From NCBI GenBank assembly GCA_030698565.1, contig JAUYJS010000003.1, forward strand, positions 76,187-140,186: a DNA stretch of 64,000 nucleotides, read 5' to 3'. The notes below the pieces were generated by a model. It was not told the DNA's origin, searched no databases, and was given only the letters and a program-made list of their open reading frames with translations. The position numbers and the translations under genes were made by a program. Positions 56,880-64,000 of the stretch are shown here, piece after piece. Positions within the stretch are counted from its first letter, which is position 1. Each line of letters begins with the position of its first letter. The stretch is from Candidatus Shapirobacteria bacterium. GTDB lineage: Bacteria; Patescibacteriota; Microgenomatia; UBA12405.

Positions 56880-58313
56880 ATGCCAACTATTCAAACCAAC
56901 AAGCGCCGCATCTACACTCTCAACAAATTAAAACCAGAAATCACCGCTGTAACTTTTGCCAAATGCTCCCGCTCTCCCGATTCTTTTAAAAATATTGCCA
57001 AGGAATTAACCGAAGCCAAATCCAGCGCTTTCAATGAAAAATATGTGGTTGGTTATGGCCATGGCTCAGTTGCCGAGCATGCCACCTTGCACATGGCAAT
57101 CGAAAACGTTTCTATTTTAGCGACCAAAGTTTTAGAAGATAACCGCCTTGGTTCTTATACTGAAAAATCCACCCGTTACCAAGTTTACGATCGCACCCGC
57201 TACTACAAACCCAAAAATATCATGCGTTCTGAATTTGGCAAATTATATAAAGAGACTATGAATTTTATTTTCGATACCTATTGCTCACTTTTTGAACCAA
57301 TGAAAGCTTTCATACTCAAAAAATACCCCAAAGGTGCAAAGGAAAATGATATGGCTTACAATGCCGTCCTCAAATCCCGAACTTGTGATAATATCCGCTA
57401 TCTTTTACCCACAGCCACTTTAACTAATTTAGGGATGACCACCAACGCTCGGGTTTTGGAACACGCCATTGTCAAACTTTTGTCCAATCCATTAGACGAA
57501 ATGAAACAAATTGGAGAAGAGGTCAAATCCCAAGCCATAAAAGTCACTCCGACTTTACTTAAATACGCTCAACCAAATCCATATCTAGTAAACACCACAA
57601 AAAAGTTAGAAGAGCTAAGCCATAAAATTTTACCCAAAAATATTAATCCCAGTATTCCAGTTCAAATTGTTAATTATGACCAAGACGCTGAAAATAGATT
57701 GATTACCGCCCTTCTTTATAACGGTTCCAATTTGCCCTATAACCAAATTTGGCATGAAGTCAAAAAAATGTCCCAAACTGATAAAGAAAATATAATCGAT
57801 GAAGCTCTAAAAAATCGCAGTGCCTTTGACGCTCCTATACGCGAGTTAGAACACGTTTATTATACTTTTGATATCTTGATGGATTATGGTGCTTTCCGCG
57901 ACATTCAACGCCACCGCATGTGCACTCAAACCAATCAAGATGTTACTATCGATCATGGTTTCGATACCCCTCCAGAAATTATTGAAGCCGGTCTAAAAGA
58001 ACCTTATTTAAAAGCGATCAACAAAGCCGTTGCACTTTATCAAGCCATGTCCCCAAAATTCCCCAAAGAAGCTCAATATGCGGTTCCCCTCGCTTTCCGG
58101 AAAAGAGTTTTATTTACCTGGAATTTGCGCGAACTTCATCATTTCATTTCCCTGCGAAGTACCAAAAAAGGCCATATTTCTTATCGCCGAATTGCTCAAG
58201 CCTGTTGGCAACAATTAAATGAAATTCATCCGCTTTTAGCCAAATACATCCGAGTCGACATGACCGAAGGATCCTCTTCTTGGGCCGCATCGATGTACAA
58301 GCAGGTGAAATAA
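56880..58313 (+). CDS. thyX: FAD-dependent thymidylate synthase ThyX-like, double-length (477 aa)
   Basis: ThyX N-terminal pattern (AVTFAKCSRSPDS...YGHGSVAEHATLHMAIENVS...RYQ) and a second RHR-containing module (RHRMCTQT) in the C-terminal half. Confidence 0.6.
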   Translation: MPTIQTNKRRIYTLNKLKPEITAVTFAKCSRSPDSFKNIAKELTEAKSSAFNEKYVVGYGHGSVAEHATLHMAIENVSILATKVLEDNRLGSYTEKSTRYQVYDRTRYYKPKNIMRSEFGKLYKETMNFIFDTYCSLFEPMKAFILKKYPKGAKENDMAYNAVLKSRTCDNIRYLLPTATLTNLGMTTNARVLEHAIVKLLSNPLDEMKQIGEEVKSQAIKVTPTLLKYAQPNPYLVNTTKKLEELSHKILPKNINPSIPVQIVNYDQDAENRLITALLYNGSNLPYNQIWHEVKKMSQTDKENIIDEALKNRSAFDAPIRELEHVYYTFDILMDYGAFRDIQRHRMCTQTNQDVTIDHGFDTPPEIIEAGLKEPYLKAINKAVALYQAMSPKFPKEAQYAVPLAFRKRVLFTWNLRELHHFISLRSTKKGHISYRRIAQACWQQLNEIHPLLAKYIRVDMTEGSSSWAASMYKQVK

Positions 58314-58315
58314 AC

Positions 58316-58352
58316 ATCCTATATTTCAATTTATATGTAAATTTGGTATAAT
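58316..58352 (+). promoter_or_regulatory. Promoter with an extended -10 (TGgTATAAT) preceded by an ATCCTATA block, then a 5'-UTR 15-bp hairpin
   Basis: atcctatatttcaatttatatgtaaatttggtataat. Further downstream, cggtaacacgtttct...agaaatgtgttaccg (14/15 complementary). Confidence 0.45.
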
Positions 58353-58509
58353 CCGGGCGTTTACTAGAATTCAAAAAATAAAGCATTTATTGAATTTTTT
58401 AAGCACCTTAAAATTTGCAGAACACTATTTTTCGGTAACACGTTTCTGAATAGACTAAAGTATTTAGAAATGTGTTACCGAATCTAATTTTGAAAGGAAT
58501 GAATCTTCA

Positions 58510-59400
58510 ATGGAAATCAGAACGATACCTGTTTCAAGTTCAAAAATGCACCCAATGACGCGACCCGGTTACTTAGCCAATATGTTTCAACAAACCGGTG
58601 GATTCCAGTCAATGCTCCTTGCCAATTATCTGGCTCAAGAACACCAACGAGGCGAAGGTATCAAGAGTCACACTGAAGTCTTATCTGTGATCATCGACGG
58701 TCAACGGTTGGAAATGACCTTGGATCAAATCAATGATCATTTGGCTAAGCTATCAGGGAATATTCCTCAACTTGAAGCCGTCGTTTCCTGGGGAAGAGAT
58801 CCATACCAAAAAGTTCTCTCTTGGATACATGGCCTACCCAACTCCTCACACGAACGTCCGATGATTCAGGAAGGACCACACTTGGTCCTGGCTCTTTATA
58901 GCTATGCCAAGGATGGCCTTCGTCTTTACCGGACTCTTCAGAGAAGGCCGTTCGACGTTAAAATTGATACGGTCCGGGGGTTCACTGGCACAACAGAAGA
59001 AATGTATGGCAACACCAACCCTGACGTCATTCTCCAACACATTGTCAAAACCATCGGCGACGAAGCTGGTCAAAAGTGTCTTGACATCCGGGACATCGTT
59101 TTCCTCGGCGCCCATCATGTCAACTCTTCTTTTGTCCAATCAAGAACCGCTCTCTTCGGGATCGAAATCGACCGAGACAGATTCCTGGAAAGCAATCGTG
59201 TGTTTACATCTGAAGAAGCAAAAAGGATGGAGCGACAGTACCAACAGCAGGGTTTACTCAGTCAAATTATTGAACTGACTATCCCTCAGTTTTTGGCTTA
59301 CGGATGTCACCCCGACGTCTGTCGTGACTTCACGGCCGATGCCCCCCATCAAGCAATATTGTCTGCTCATCTCCTCAACCTCCTTAAACCTTCCAACTAA
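58510..59400 (+). CDS. GC-rich hypothetical cytoplasmic protein (296 aa)
   Basis: The ORF is much more GC-rich than its neighbours. It has its own promoter and is followed by a strong terminator. Confidence 0.5.
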   Translation: MEIRTIPVSSSKMHPMTRPGYLANMFQQTGGFQSMLLANYLAQEHQRGEGIKSHTEVLSVIIDGQRLEMTLDQINDHLAKLSGNIPQLEAVVSWGRDPYQKVLSWIHGLPNSSHERPMIQEGPHLVLALYSYAKDGLRLYRTLQRRPFDVKIDTVRGFTGTTEEMYGNTNPDVILQHIVKTIGDEAGQKCLDIRDIVFLGAHHVNSSFVQSRTALFGIEIDRDRFLESNRVFTSEEAKRMERQYQQQGLLSQIIELTIPQFLAYGCHPDVCRDFTADAPHQAILSAHLLNLLKPSN

Positions 59401-59428
59401 GAGAATCGGGTTCTCCCGATTCTCTCCC
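59401..59428 (+). terminator. Intrinsic terminator-like hairpin (11-bp perfect stem)
   Basis: agagaatcggg-ttct-cccgattctct. Confidence 0.6.
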
Positions 59429-59459
59429 CCTCCGGGGGTCAATGTAATTAGTGTTCTGT

Positions 59460-59520
59460 AAATATGGTCTATCGAAAAATCGATACTGATGAGTCCCGTA
59501 GGACGAAACCAAATATTTTT
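59460..59520 (+). ncRNA. Canonical type III hammerhead ribozyme motif
   Basis: aauaugg-U-C | UAUCGA-aaaa-UCGAUA CUGAUGA GUCC-cgua-GGAC GAA A-ccaaauauu. Every core position is canonical: CUGAUGA, G10.1:C11.1, G12A13A14, A15.1:U16.1, and a GUC cleavage triplet. Confidence 0.6.
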
Positions 59521-59666
59521 AATTCACTCTATATACTTCGTTATGAGTTCCAATATTTACAAAATGAGCTATGCCGTTTTCAACAAAATAAATCATTCTA
59601 ATACTATCATTAATTGAAATACTCCAATAACCATTCAAGTAACCTTTCAATTTAAAGTAAAATATC

Positions 59667-59933
59667 TCACTTATTCAGTTTATCAAGAATTTTATCAAAA
59701 TATTCATCAGTATTCCTAACTTTAATCCATTTTACTTTTCCACTTTTTGCATCTCGAATATTTTTTAATGTTTCTTCAGAAAATTCTAAATCATCGCTTT
59801 CCTCCAAATCCTTTATCATCAAATATCTGGTATATGCCGCCAAACTTATACCATATTTAACGGCTTTCCTTTTTATTTTGCTCTTAATTGAATCTGATAA
59901 ATTTATTTTTATTTGACTTTGTTTAGTTTCCAT
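59667..59933 (-). CDS. Small RHH/antitoxin-like DNA-binding protein (orphan)
   Basis: KINLSDSIKSKIKRKAVKYGISLAAYTRYLM resembles ribbon-helix-helix antitoxins. No adjacent toxin ORF was found. Confidence 0.35.
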   Translation of the reverse strand: METKQSQIKINLSDSIKSKIKRKAVKYGISLAAYTRYLMIKDLEESDDLEFSEETLKNIRDAKSGKVKWIKVRNTDEYFDKILDKLNK

Positions 59934-60015
59934 AAACTAATTATACCCCTATTTCAGTACTTTTCCAGGACCTTAATTTATTCGAACTTATTTTTTACTT
60001 TACTTTAAAAATTTG

Positions 60016-60150
60016 TGCTATAATAACCCCATCTTAACCGAAGACAGTAGGCTTGGCTAATCACCATTGAAAAGTCCTACCGAGGCAAAAGCAATTTGTT
60101 TTTATTTTGCGCCTCGATCTTCGAGGTTTTTTTTATTTTAATAACAAATT
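60016..60150 (+). promoter_or_regulatory. rplJ promoter (TGcTATAAT) and L10-leader-like structured 5' UTR ending in an attenuator terminator
   Basis: Extended -10 at 60016-60024. Hairpins gtagg...cctac. gcgcctcgatcttcgagg followed by a T-run at 60109-60134, just before the rplJ ATG. Confidence 0.5.
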
Positions 60151-60666
60151 ATGCCAAATCAAAAAAAAGTAGCCAAAGTCGAAGATGTAGTTGAAAAACT
60201 AAACAAAGCTAAATCAGCCGCTTTAGTTCAATATCAGGGTTTAAATGCCGCCGATATTTCTGCTCTCCGCGATCAAATCAAACAAAATGGTGGTCTCATG
60301 GAAGTCACCAAAAACACTCTTATTACCCGTGCTTTAGCCAAATTTGGTATCACCTTACCTGAAACCCTCACCGGTCCAACATCCATTGCTTACTGTAATG
60401 ACGATGAAATCGCTCCTCTAAAAGAAATTGACAAGGTCAATAAAACCAAAGATGTCACCGCCTTTAAATACGGTATTTACGGCAAAAAACTTTTATCAGT
60501 CGATGAATTAAAAATCTTTTTAAGCTTACCTTCCAAATCCGATCTCTTGGCTCGATTGGTCGGCGGCTTGGTCAACCCATTGCAACGTTTAGTTTATGCA
60601 ATGCGTTACAACCAAACTCAATTAGTTTTAACCTTAAAAGCTATTGCTGAAAAGGAAAACAAATAA
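60151..60666 (+). CDS. rplJ: 50S ribosomal protein L10
   Basis: MPNQKKVAKVEDVVEKLNKAKSAALVQYQGLNAADISALRDQIKQNGGLMEVTKNT. Confidence 0.88.
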   Translation: MPNQKKVAKVEDVVEKLNKAKSAALVQYQGLNAADISALRDQIKQNGGLMEVTKNTLITRALAKFGITLPETLTGPTSIAYCNDDEIAPLKEIDKVNKTKDVTAFKYGIYGKKLLSVDELKIFLSLPSKSDLLARLVGGLVNPLQRLVYAMRYNQTQLVLTLKAIAEKENK

Positions 60667-60702
60667 ATTATTAATTTTTAATTATTAATTAAATATAAAA
60701 TT

Positions 60703-61098
60703 ATGGCAGAAGAAACCAAAATTAGTGCAAAACTACAGAAGATTATTGACTCTGTATCCGAATTATCAGTTCTCGAACTTTCCGAGCTCGTTAAAGCTTT
60801 GGAAGTAGCCTTCGACGTCAAAGCTGCTGCTGCTGCTCCTGCCGCTGCTGCTACCGCTGGCGAAAGTGCTCCTGCAGCCGAAGAAAAAACCGAGTTTGAA
60901 GTCGTTATGACTTCTGCTGGTACCAACAAAATTGCTGTCATTAAGGCTATCCGAGAATTCAAACCGGAATTAGGTCTTAAAGAAGCTAAAGATTTAGTTG
61001 ATGCCGCTCCTGCTAACTTAGGTACAATGAAAAAAGAAGTCGCCGCTGAAGCCAAATCCAAAATGGAAGCCGCTGGTGCGCAAGTGGAACTAAAATAA
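60703..61098 (+). CDS. rplL: 50S ribosomal protein L7/L12
   Basis: N-terminal dimerisation domain, an Ala/Pro hinge and a C-terminal domain ([11 protein letters not shown]...[12 protein letters not shown]). Confidence 0.9.
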   Translation: MAEETKISAKLQKIIDSVSELSVLELSELVKALEVAFDVKAAAAAPAAAATAGESAPAAEEKTEFEVVMTSAGTNKIAVIKAIREFKPELGLKEAKDLVDAAPANLGTMKKEVAAEAKSKMEAAGAQVELK

Positions 61099-61142
61099 TT
61101 AATTATTTTAGTGACATCCCTTTAGGGATCGAGCTCAAATTT

Positions 61143-61170
61143 AAAACCCCGCCAAACGGCGGGGTTTTTG
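61143..61170. terminator. Bidirectional intrinsic terminator
   Basis: aaaaccccgcc-aaac-ggcggggttttt. Confidence 0.75.
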
Positions 61171-61187
61171 GTTTCAATAAAAACAAC

Positions 61188-61271
61188 TTATTTCTTCTTA
61201 CTTCCGCAACATCCACAACAAGCTTTTTTCTTAGTGGTCTTAACAGCTTTTTTAGCAACGACTTTGGCCAT
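61188..61271 (-). CDS. Tiny basic Cys-cluster peptide (27 aa: MAKVVAKKAVKTTKKKACCGCCGSKKK)
   Basis: Short ORF between the manC-like gene and the shared terminator. It resembles the other tiny Lys-rich ORF at 6015 (MA.KK..VKK.KKK). No clear SD. Confidence 0.25.
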   Translation of the reverse strand: MAKVVAKKAVKTTKKKACCGCCGSKKK

Positions 61272-61300
61272 ATTATTTATTTAATTACTAACTACTAAAA

Positions 61301-62380
61301 TTATAACAGCTCGATTCTTTCTTTAGCCTTCAAAGTATCTACCACTTCCCCTACTTTGCCAGACTTATCTTTTTTCAAAACCAGTAAAGCATCGCCAGTA
61401 TCCACAATCACCAAATTTTCAACTCCAATTGTCGCCACATATTTACCATTTGGTCTGGAAATAAAATTTCCACTGCCATCAATTTCTAAAATATTTTCAT
61501 CGGTTTTATAAAGATCATTAGTCACCATAAAATTAGCCAACGATTCCCAAGTCCCAAAATCGATCCAATCAAACGGCAAATCAACCACATATGCATCGTC
61601 CATTTCATATTTAGTCACTCGTGCTTCTATTGGATCTTTTGGCATTTTTGCATATTCTTCTTTGACTACTCTATCTTCATCTGGAGTATCAAAAACATCT
61701 ACCATTTTCATCAAAGGTTCATACCATTCTGGTGCCCTTCTTTTAAAAGCTTCCAGCATCAATCTTGGCGTCCAAGCATAATGGTTGGCATGCCCCAAAA
61801 CCGCTCCGCTTTCAATTTGGCTTTCATCCCGATTCGGATCATCTCTCATCACCCATTTTTTCATCTTATAAATTGTTACATCACCTGTATTTTCAATTTC
61901 ATCTCCAGCTACCATAAAATCAATTCCAGCCACACCGTGTTTTAATCTAATTCCTCCAGTCATTAATTTTCCGTCCCGTTTGATTAAATAATCAAATTGT
62001 TCTATTGTCTCCAAAAACTTTTCCGCCGGCCTTCTTAAAACATCTGCCTGCACCAACATAAATGGTTCATCAGGAAATTTTTTAAATAATTTAGCCGCCA
62101 AGAATCCTGTAGCCGGTCCCTGATTTCTCATTTCCGGTTCTATAAAAAAATTACCATCAGGAATTTCAGGAACCTGTTCCTTGGCTATTTTAGCTTGTAA
62201 TGCATTTGTCTGGATAAAGATATCTTCCGTGCTAAATTTTTGTCTCAAAGTTTCATAGTTGATTTGAAATAAAGATTTACTCTCAAAAAATTTGACAAAA
62301 TGTTTCGGCATTGTACTGCGACTTACCGGCCACATTTTTGATCCAATTCCACCACATATTATTATTGGTTTCATGAACAA
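61301..62380 (-). CDS. Mannose-1-phosphate guanylyltransferase-like nucleotidyltransferase
   Basis: IICGGIGSKMWPVSRSTMPKHF (ManC/GMP N-terminal signature). Confidence 0.65.
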   Translation of the reverse strand: MFMKPIIICGGIGSKMWPVSRSTMPKHFVKFFESKSLFQINYETLRQKFSTEDIFIQTNALQAKIAKEQVPEIPDGNFFIEPEMRNQGPATGFLAAKLFKKFPDEPFMLVQADVLRRPAEKFLETIEQFDYLIKRDGKLMTGGIRLKHGVAGIDFMVAGDEIENTGDVTIYKMKKWVMRDDPNRDESQIESGAVLGHANHYAWTPRLMLEAFKRRAPEWYEPLMKMVDVFDTPDEDRVVKEEYAKMPKDPIEARVTKYEMDDAYVVDLPFDWIDFGTWESLANFMVTNDLYKTDENILEIDGSGNFISRPNGKYVATIGVENLVIVDTGDALLVLKKDKSGKVGEVVDTLKAKERIELL

Positions 62381-62381
62381 A

Positions 62382-63380
62382 TTATAACCTACAAAAATCT
62401 TTTATGTTTTCAACAGTCGTTTTTACAATTCTCTCAATCGCTTCTACTGTATTAAAGGCATTATGTGGAGTAAAGACAACATCATCCCTATCTTTCAGCA
62501 AATGATAACTTATCACTTCCCGTAAATCTTCTTTACTTGTTTCATTATTCATTACTACACTCACATTCTCGACTAAGTTTTCCTCTTCAGTTACGTCTAA
62601 TCCCGCTCCGGCTAAAATTTTATTGTTCAAAGCCCACACAATCGCTTCAGTTTCCACCACTCCACCTCTAGCTGTGTTGATCAAATAACTTCCTCGTTTC
62701 ATTAATTTAATATTCTTTTTATTGATTAAATGAAAAGTCTCTGGAATAGACGGTACGTGTAAAGTTATAAAGTCGGATTGACTTAAACATGTTTCCAAAT
62801 CAACATACTTGAAACCTAATTTTTTAGAGATTAGGGGATCCTGATATTGTTCCACACCCAAAACATTCATTCCAAAGCCTTTGGCGATACGGATCACATT
62901 TTGGCCTATCTTTCCGACTCCAATTACACCTAATGTTTTATTATACAAATCCACCCCAGTTAAACCATCTGGCGTAAATTCCCCGTTCTCCACAGCTTGG
63001 TGGGCTACTACAATTTTTTTAGAAATCGCCAAAAGTAACCCAAAAACATATTCAGCCACAGTATTTGATCCATAAGTCGGTACACTTTTAATTTCAATTC
63101 CTCGTTTTTGACAAGCCTCCGAATCAATATGGTCGATTCCAGTTGACCTCGTGGTTATCATTTTTAATTTGGGTAATTTTTCCAATACCAGGCTATCCAT
63201 CTTGGAGTATATAAAAATTGAAATGACATCGTAATTAGCCGCCATTTCTAAATTATCCTGTACTTCTTCTTCAAAAATTCCTACCCCAAAACTATCCAGT
63301 TTAATTATTTCCCGCTCAATCATTTCTTTCTCCCAACTCTTAACTCCAAAAAAAGCGATTTTATATTCTCCATTATTCAT
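62382..63380 (-). CDS. D-isomer-specific 2-hydroxyacid dehydrogenase (NAD-binding)
   Basis: GVIGVGKIGQNV Rossmann motif and the catalytic R/E/H pattern. Confidence 0.75.
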   Translation of the reverse strand: MNNGEYKIAFFGVKSWEKEMIEREIIKLDSFGVGIFEEEVQDNLEMAANYDVISIFIYSKMDSLVLEKLPKLKMITTRSTGIDHIDSEACQKRGIEIKSVPTYGSNTVAEYVFGLLLAISKKIVVAHQAVENGEFTPDGLTGVDLYNKTLGVIGVGKIGQNVIRIAKGFGMNVLGVEQYQDPLISKKLGFKYVDLETCLSQSDFITLHVPSIPETFHLINKKNIKLMKRGSYLINTARGGVVETEAIVWALNNKILAGAGLDVTEEENLVENVSVVMNNETSKEDLREVISYHLLKDRDDVVFTPHNAFNTVEAIERIVKTTVENIKDFCRL

Positions 63381-63552
63381 ATTTCTATTTTACATCAAAA
63401 GCTTAGTAAGTAAAAAGAAAATTAACGCCACAATTTAGGCAGATTATCTTATTCAAACTCTCTTATTTTTTATCACCATATTGACACACAAATATACTCT
63501 ATGTTTTACTCTTATTAGTTATTAATTACTTTGATACAAGAGGAGCCGGTCA

Positions 63553-63813
63553 ATGGACTATCAAAACGAATCACAAGACAAACTTGTGAAACAAAATACT
63601 TCTGCCCCAAAGAAAGTAAATGGAATCTCCATCGACAATCTTCCCGACCTGTTAACAGTCGCCGAAGTTGCCGATCTCCTAAGGGTCAGTAAACTGACCA
63701 TTAAACGTTGGGGAAAAAGGGGCAAATTACCTGCCATCCGTATCAATGCACGAGGCGATCGCCGCTACCGCAAGGAAGCTGTTTTGTGGTTGCTTGGCAT
63801 CCAATCGGATTAA
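63553..63813 (+). CDS. Excisionase/MerR-like HTH DNA-binding protein; GC-richer than the background
   Basis: LTVAEVADLLRVSKLTIKRWGKRGKLPAIRI...RYRKEAVLWL (Xis-family HTH). Followed by the perfect terminator aaagaggtaccc-tcgc-gggtacctctttt at 63838-63866. Confidence 0.55.
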   Translation: MDYQNESQDKLVKQNTSAPKKVNGISIDNLPDLLTVAEVADLLRVSKLTIKRWGKRGKLPAIRINARGDRRYRKEAVLWLLGIQSD

Positions 63814-63869
63814 TACAACCTACCTGCCTAAACAACAAAGAGGTACCCTCGCGGGTACCTCTTTTGGTT

Positions 63870-64000
63870 TTAAATAGTCACTCGTCCCCGTGAAGTTCTT
63901 TTTACCAATCCTCTTTTCATTAAATACGGTTCATAAACTTCAGTAATTGTCCCCACATCTTCAGTCAATGCCGCCGCAATATTTTCTACTCCCACCGGTC
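63870..64000 (-). CDS. ruvB: Holliday-junction helicase RuvB, C-terminal fragment. The gene continues beyond the window end.
   Basis: Reverse translation ...[42 protein letters not shown] matches the RuvB C-terminal winged-helix. Confidence 0.6.
   Translation of the reverse strand, partial: PVGVENIAAALTEDVGTITEVYEPYLMKRGLVKRTSRGRVTI

Noticed and set aside
1-64000. CRISPR arrays, rRNA genes, transposases and integrases.
   Set aside because: No regularly spaced direct repeats, no rRNA-like conserved stretches, and no transposase or integrase ORFs were found. The only mobile-like signals are the repeat-flanked AbiE cassette and the duplicated tRNA-Ala.

Overview
This is a low-GC (about one-third G+C by eye), tightly packed bacterial segment with small genes and short intergenic regions. 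It is typical of a reduced-genome, CPR/Patescibacteria-like organism. Housekeeping content: a truncated PBP2 gene and mreB; def and fmt; rpmB; a sufC-sufB-sufD(short)-sufS-sufU operon; nadE-nadD; hpf; rpmG; glyA; tmk; an nrdR-nrdJ-pduO operon (B12-dependent class II ribonucleotide reductase); secE-nusG-rplK-rplA; ddl and murF; thyX; rplJ-rplL preceded by an L10-leader attenuator; manC-like; and a ruvB C-terminal fragment at the window end. I found seven tRNA genes: Thr-UGU, Ser-UGA, Thr-GGU, Trp-CCA, two identical Ala-GGC copies, and no rRNA or CRISPR. Accessory and unusual content: (1) two hammerhead-ribozyme-like motifs, one canonical and one with a compensated helix III, each about 65-95 nt downstream of a conspicuously GC-rich, foreign-looking ORF; (2) a 2.4-kb GC-rich island (25.8-28.2 kb) with four copies of a consensus sigma70-type promoter repeat (ATCCTATAAC-TTGACA-17-TATAAT), a shared 5'-UTR motif, secreted/anchored proteins and a candidate small RNA; (3) an AbiEi/AbiEii abortive-infection/toxin-antitoxin cassette inserted between inverted paralogous membrane-protein genes and bounded by 25-bp direct repeats; (4) a full-length tRNA-Ala duplication bracketing a half-size MFS gene; (5) rplKA separated from rplJL by about 10.4 kb of unrelated genes; (6) two tiny lysine-rich peptide ORFs. 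All calls are from reading the sequence and ORF translations only. No database search was run.
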